Virus record (IMG/VR): IMGVR_UViG_3300017767_000008
Location: 1 to 63,413 of that record
Direction: 5' to 3' (one strand)
Source: a virus
Lineage: Duplodnaviria > Caudoviricetes
Length of the DNA: 63,413 nucleotides
The number at the start of each line of letters is the position of its first letter. Position 1 is the stretch's first letter. The translations under genes were made by a program, and so were the position numbers. This document shows, piece after piece, positions 59,597 through 63,413 of the stretch. Under the pieces are notes generated by a model, which worked only from the letters and a program-made list of their open reading frames with translations, did no database searches and was not told the origin of the DNA.

Positions 59597-61023
59597 GAAA
59601 ATACCGCAAATCATCGGTTATTGGGCCAACCAAAGAGCAGAGAAAGCAAGCGCCTTTCAAGAGGAATAAGCACGTTGACAAATACTTCAGAGATCCATAT
59701 TGGAATAAGTATGGGAATAAGGTCAGAGGCCGTTCAAAACACAGTCTGCGGAGATTTCGCAACCTTAACGGCAAGACATACATTGCAGATGTACGGAACA
59801 TAGATTCGAACAAGGAACGCGCTAAATCTTATGCTGCCAAAATGCGAAAAGTTGGTTGGAATGTTCGAACAATAAAGACGAAAGTTAAGTCCCTAAAAAG
59901 ACCCTGGCCGCCATATACTGTAGGTCCGCCCGGCTCATATCACGATCAACCAGGTGCTACTGTATGGCTCAATTACATTTACAATCCAAACGCCACCAAA
60001 TATGCTAGGAGAAAATACGATGCAAGGCTATACCGAGGAAGCATGAATAGGGGCAGATCGGGTTTGAAGGGAAATCAAATCACCAATGCACGCTTTTTGA
60101 CCAATCAACCGATAATGGCACAATGGTATGCTTCAGCGGAGAATGATGAAGCAAAAGAGTTCTCTGCTAACTTGAATAGATTCATTCCAACTGGAGAAAG
60201 ACGTAGTGGAGGCCGTTTGTGGGTTTTAGAAAATGATAACCCGCCCCTCGACCTAAATCCGCAGGTTTTCGACGGCAGTTCTGGAGTCGAATACACCGAT
60301 GAACAAATTGGTAAATTCAAAACCGGACCGTATGCAGTCGGCAACGTTTATCTTGGTGCAAAAAACGATGAAGCGAATATGATTGCTGGAGAACGTTTAG
60401 CAAAGCACCTTGACATTGATGCTTTCATGGATTCATACATCAAATACGGCGGAGGTTGGGATGGTGTGCAAGGAGTAAGCAACAAGGAGGATTGGTTGAA
60501 AATGAAAGCAAATAATACTGAAACTGAAATCGCAGCCATGATCATAACTTCGATGGCTGATGATCTTGATAATTCTTACCAGGTGGTCGGAGAAAATCAT
60601 TTCACTATTTTTGAAAAGGCCATGCTCGATGCCGGACTTGAATATCTGGTATTTCGAGATGTTAGCCCTCGAACTGCTTTTGCTGAAGGACGATACCCTA
60701 GCATGAGCATATTTTCCGACCCAATGGTTTTATCGAGAATACCAAATGAAGTTGTAAATTTGATGGATGAGAAAAGTCTTGGTGAATACGTCGAAGTGAC
60801 AAACATAGACGATCAAGAAGTTGACCCTGCTATTACGCTTTTTAGACTCGATGATGGCTCAGGACGGGCAGACAAACTCAATGTTGTCCGGGTTTTCGAA
60901 GATCAAGACTACATCAACGGGTATGACGATAAGCGAAAATTAGCGAAAGACTTGGGGGTTAATACGGAACAAGTTGCCAGTTATGAAAACGTATGGGATG
61001 GAAAAATAGAGTGGGATTTTTGA
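59593..61023 (+). CDS. N-terminal tag plus putative ADP-ribosyltransferase-like domain
   Basis: RNLNGKTY...MRKVGWNVRTIKT; LYRG...FLTNQPIMAQWYA...GGRLWVL...PLDL. Confidence 0.6.
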   Translation: MRKYRKSSVIGPTKEQRKQAPFKRNKHVDKYFRDPYWNKYGNKVRGRSKHSLRRFRNLNGKTYIADVRNIDSNKERAKSYAAKMRKVGWNVRTIKTKVKSLKRPWPPYTVGPPGSYHDQPGATVWLNYIYNPNATKYARRKYDARLYRGSMNRGRSGLKGNQITNARFLTNQPIMAQWYASAENDEAKEFSANLNRFIPTGERRSGGRLWVLENDNPPLDLNPQVFDGSSGVEYTDEQIGKFKTGPYAVGNVYLGAKNDEANMIAGERLAKHLDIDAFMDSYIKYGGGWDGVQGVSNKEDWLKMKANNTETEIAAMIITSMADDLDNSYQVVGENHFTIFEKAMLDAGLEYLVFRDVSPRTAFAEGRYPSMSIFSDPMVLSRIPNEVVNLMDEKSLGEYVEVTNIDDQEVDPAITLFRLDDGSGRADKLNVVRVFEDQDYINGYDDKRKLAKDLGVNTEQVASYENVWDGKIEWDF

Positions 61024-61089
61024 TTGAAACCATGCTTTTGAACATGGATTAACCGTATTTGTCAAAAAGGATAACAGAGAGCGTCAGAT

Positions 61090-62175
61090 ATGGTCAGAAG
61101 GTACGACGTGCGAGGCACGAAACAACCTTTTGTGGAAAAGCATTCTTCTTCTAATCGAACAAAAGCAGAATCTATTGCTGCTGCTGAAAGAGATGGCGGC
61201 AACTTAGCGAGAGTAGTTCCGAAGGGTCAAGGCTGGAAGGTTATGACGAATCCTAATCGTTTAGGAAAGAAAGTAAAAGGAATTTTCAATCGCAAAAAAG
61301 CACCAGAGCCTCGAATCGAAGTTGGCAACAAATCTCAAGCTACAACGGTTGGAAAAAGAACTTACAACAAAGAAAAAGACGTAGCGCAAGAAGACTATGA
61401 TCGGATAAGGCGATTTTCATTTATTGTTGGAACGGTACACTTGATTTCTGGTTTAATCATGGTTGCTTTCGCTAACACTGATTTTGTGATTTCGATAATC
61501 AGCACTTTCGCTGCAGGTCCTCCTGGTTGTTTCGAATCGGGAGAATGCACACCCTTTACTTTGGTTAATTATGATGCTATTTTGGCTTATTGGGTTGCTA
61601 CTTTTTCTTTGCTATCTGCATTTTTCCATTACTTGACGATTGTTCCGGGCGTGTTTGAGATTTACCAGCGCGACTTAGAGCGTGGGAGAAATTTGTTCCG
61701 TTGGGTCGAGTATTCATTGTCTGCAACTGTTATGATTCTAATTATCATGCTTCTTTCTGGATTAAACAACTTAACTGCGCTAGTCGCTATCGCTGGAGCT
61801 AACGTAGGAATGATTCTCTTTGGTTGGCTTGGCGAAACAATGAACCCAATAGATCGGGAAAAAACCGATTGGACCCCTTTCATCTTTGGTTGCATTGTAG
61901 GTGTTTTCCCCTGGATTGCGATATGGGGTTCTTTGATTCTTAACCTAGAGCAGTTAGGCGTTGGTTGGGATATGATACCGACGTTTGTTTGGTGGATCAT
62001 CATATCACAATTTTTCTTATTCCAATCATTTGCATTCAATCACGCATTCCAGTATGGAAACTTGTATCCGAATTATCTTTATGGCGAAAGGGTGTATATC
62101 TGGTTGTCATTGATTTCTAAATCGCTTTTGGCGTGGTTCATTTTCGCTAATACTGCGATATTGGGTTCATTGTGA
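61090..62175 (+). CDS. Heliorhodopsin with an N-terminal basic tag extension
   Basis: TM1 VHLISG, TM2 SAFFHY, TM3 RWVEYSLSATVM, TM7 GERVYIWLSLISKSLLAW. Confidence 0.93.
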   Translation: MVRRYDVRGTKQPFVEKHSSSNRTKAESIAAAERDGGNLARVVPKGQGWKVMTNPNRLGKKVKGIFNRKKAPEPRIEVGNKSQATTVGKRTYNKEKDVAQEDYDRIRRFSFIVGTVHLISGLIMVAFANTDFVISIISTFAAGPPGCFESGECTPFTLVNYDAILAYWVATFSLLSAFFHYLTIVPGVFEIYQRDLERGRNLFRWVEYSLSATVMILIIMLLSGLNNLTALVAIAGANVGMILFGWLGETMNPIDREKTDWTPFIFGCIVGVFPWIAIWGSLILNLEQLGVGWDMIPTFVWWIIISQFFLFQSFAFNHAFQYGNLYPNYLYGERVYIWLSLISKSLLAWFIFANTAILGSL

Positions 62176-62276
62176 AAAACATAGGCTAACTGGAGCATCA
62201 TGTTTTTTTGTCTAAAGTGTGCTTTCGAGCATCAGCCCGCATTGATTTTCATATATGTGGGCTCAATGGTTAATCT

Positions 62277-63413
62277 ATGTCAAGGGTACGGATTATCGCT
62301 TACTTGATTTGCATTTCTCTTTTATCCGGTGTAGTAGTAGCTGTCGATAGTGACGGTGATGGTGTCGATGATCAATTCGACCCAGACCCGAATAACCCCG
62401 ACAGTGATGGGGATGGATTAGAAGATGGCGAAGAAGATGAAAATGGAAATGGTGAAGTTGATCCGGGCGAAACTGACCCAAATGAAGAAGATTCAGATGG
62501 TGACGGAATTCCTGATGGTGAAGACCCAGAACCTCTCGGACCTGGAGAGGGAGAAGAACCGCCTCCCGAAGACCCTGATGCAGATTCAGATGGTGACGGC
62601 CTTACCGACATGGATGAGCAGAAATTGGGTACAGACCCTAATGACCCCGATACAGACGGCGACGGCATTGGTGATGGCGAAGACTCTGAACCTTTGATTC
62701 CTGATAGTGATGGTGACGGTGTTTCCGATCCATCCGATGTATTCCCTAATGACCCAAATGAACAATCCGATACAGACGGTGACGGAGTAGGCGACAACGC
62801 TGACGCATTTCCAAATGATGCAACGGAAACAACCGATACAGACGGAGATGGTGTAGGCGATAACTCCGATTGGGCGATTAACGACGCTTCGGAATGGGTT
62901 GATAGTGATGGTGATAGTGTTGGCGACAACGCTGACGCATTTCCAAATGATGCAACGGAAACAACCGATACAGATGGCGACGGAGTAGGCGACAACGCTG
63001 ACGCATTTCCAAATGATAAATCGGAAACAACCGATACAGACGGCGACGGAGTAGGCGACAACGCTGACGCATTTCCAAATGATGCAACGGAAACAGCCGA
63101 TACAGACGGCGACGGAGTAGGCGACAACGCCGACGTATTTCCGAATGACAAATTTGAAAACGAAGATTCGGATGGTGACGGGATTGGCAATAATGCTGAT
63201 CCTGACATTGACGGTGATGGTGTCAATAATACTGAAGACGCTTTTCCGTTAGATGGCGATTTGAAGTATGATACAGATGGCGACGGCGTAGGCGATATGC
63301 TTGACAATGACGATGACGGAGATGGTGTCAATGATACAGAAGATGCATTCCCTTTAGATCCAACCGAAACAATGGATTCTGACGGCGACGGGATTGGTGA
63401 TAATTCCGAATCA
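62277..63413 (+). CDS. TSP3 (Ca-binding DxDGDG) repeat surface protein, 465 aa across the circular junction (missed by ORF track)
   Basis: ATG 62277 [22 protein letters not shown] signal peptide; open to the window end and continues into 1..384. Confidence 0.88.
   Translation, partial: MSRVRIIAYLICISLLSGVVVAVDSDGDGVDDQFDPDPNNPDSDGDGLEDGEEDENGNGEVDPGETDPNEEDSDGDGIPDGEDPEPLGPGEGEEPPPEDPDADSDGDGLTDMDEQKLGTDPNDPDTDGDGIGDGEDSEPLIPDSDGDGVSDPSDVFPNDPNEQSDTDGDGVGDNADAFPNDATETTDTDGDGVGDNSDWAINDASEWVDSDGDSVGDNADAFPNDATETTDTDGDGVGDNADAFPNDKSETTDTDGDGVGDNADAFPNDATETADTDGDGVGDNADVFPNDKFENEDSDGDGIGNNADPDIDGDGVNNTEDAFPLDGDLKYDTDGDGVGDMLDNDDDGDGVNDTEDAFPLDPTETMDSDGDGIGDNSES
62703..63164 (+). repeat. Seven tandem 66-bp coding repeats (consensus [22 protein letters not shown])
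   Basis: Units start at 62703, 62769, 62835, 62901, 62967, 63033 and 63099. Confidence 0.9.
63291..63413. repeat. Terminal direct repeat, copy 2
   Basis: Identical to 1-123. Confidence 0.97.

Noticed and set aside
28645-62175. Tag module as a true peptidoglycan-binding SPOR domain
   Set aside because: Only a half-SPOR-like pattern is present, the proteins lack signal peptides, and the expression signals point to an archaeal host. The fold may be similar but the function is unsupported.
62703-63164. 66-bp periodic repeats as a CRISPR array
   Set aside because: The units are contiguous, in-frame coding repeats with no unique spacers, and no cas genes are present.
62372-63331. 319-aa Ser/Pro-rich minus-strand ORF
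   Set aside because: It is the antisense shadow of the TSP3 repeat gene. The plus frame has a signal peptide, a promoter and an in-frame continuation.

Overview
The window looks like a complete circular extrachromosomal element of 63,290 bp. Bases 1-123 recur exactly at 63291-63413, and a single TSP3-repeat gene reads in frame across that junction. The host is probably an archaeon, plausibly Thermoplasmatota/Marine Group II (inference). The evidence is GGTGA/GAGGTGA Shine-Dalgarno motifs, TATA-like boxes about 28-30 bp before leaderless ATGs, RHH and DUF3860-like wHTH regulators, many tiny Zn-finger genes and Ca-binding TSP3 repeats. I see no terminase, portal, HK97 or double jelly-roll capsid, tail, polymerase, primase, MCM or integrase gene. 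The layout has five parts. (1) A divergent block of small 'early-like' genes (0.4-8 kb) with DUF932 and a DEDDh exonuclease. (2) A minus-strand operon of membrane proteins with a P-loop ATPase, TspO and DUF6884-like genes (9-15.8 kb). (3) A regulator block around a (TC)n/(TAC)n microsatellite flanked by an inverted repeat (16-18.7 kb). (4) Two paralogous giant membrane-anchored surface proteins with an atypical type-1-like rhodopsin between them (18.9-28.3 kb). (5) A roughly 34 kb array in which nearly every large protein carries the same basic, about 50-aa module (RxxDGKxY...AxxxAxxLRxxGxNARVV...GxxVY). This module is fused to unrelated cargo: DNA ligase, Strawberry-notch-type helicase, zincin, TusA, ART-like, HsdS-like and heliorhodopsin domains, plus a GP88-like protein at 8-9 kb. 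Most operons in parts 2, 4 and 5, and the GP88-like gene, share an A-tract + RTGC element 58-61 bp upstream of the ATG. The best candidate for a new system is this tag-addressed cargo set in what may be an enveloped, capsid-less archaeal virus or vesicle-borne element. All family names come from motif recognition by eye and are not database-verified.
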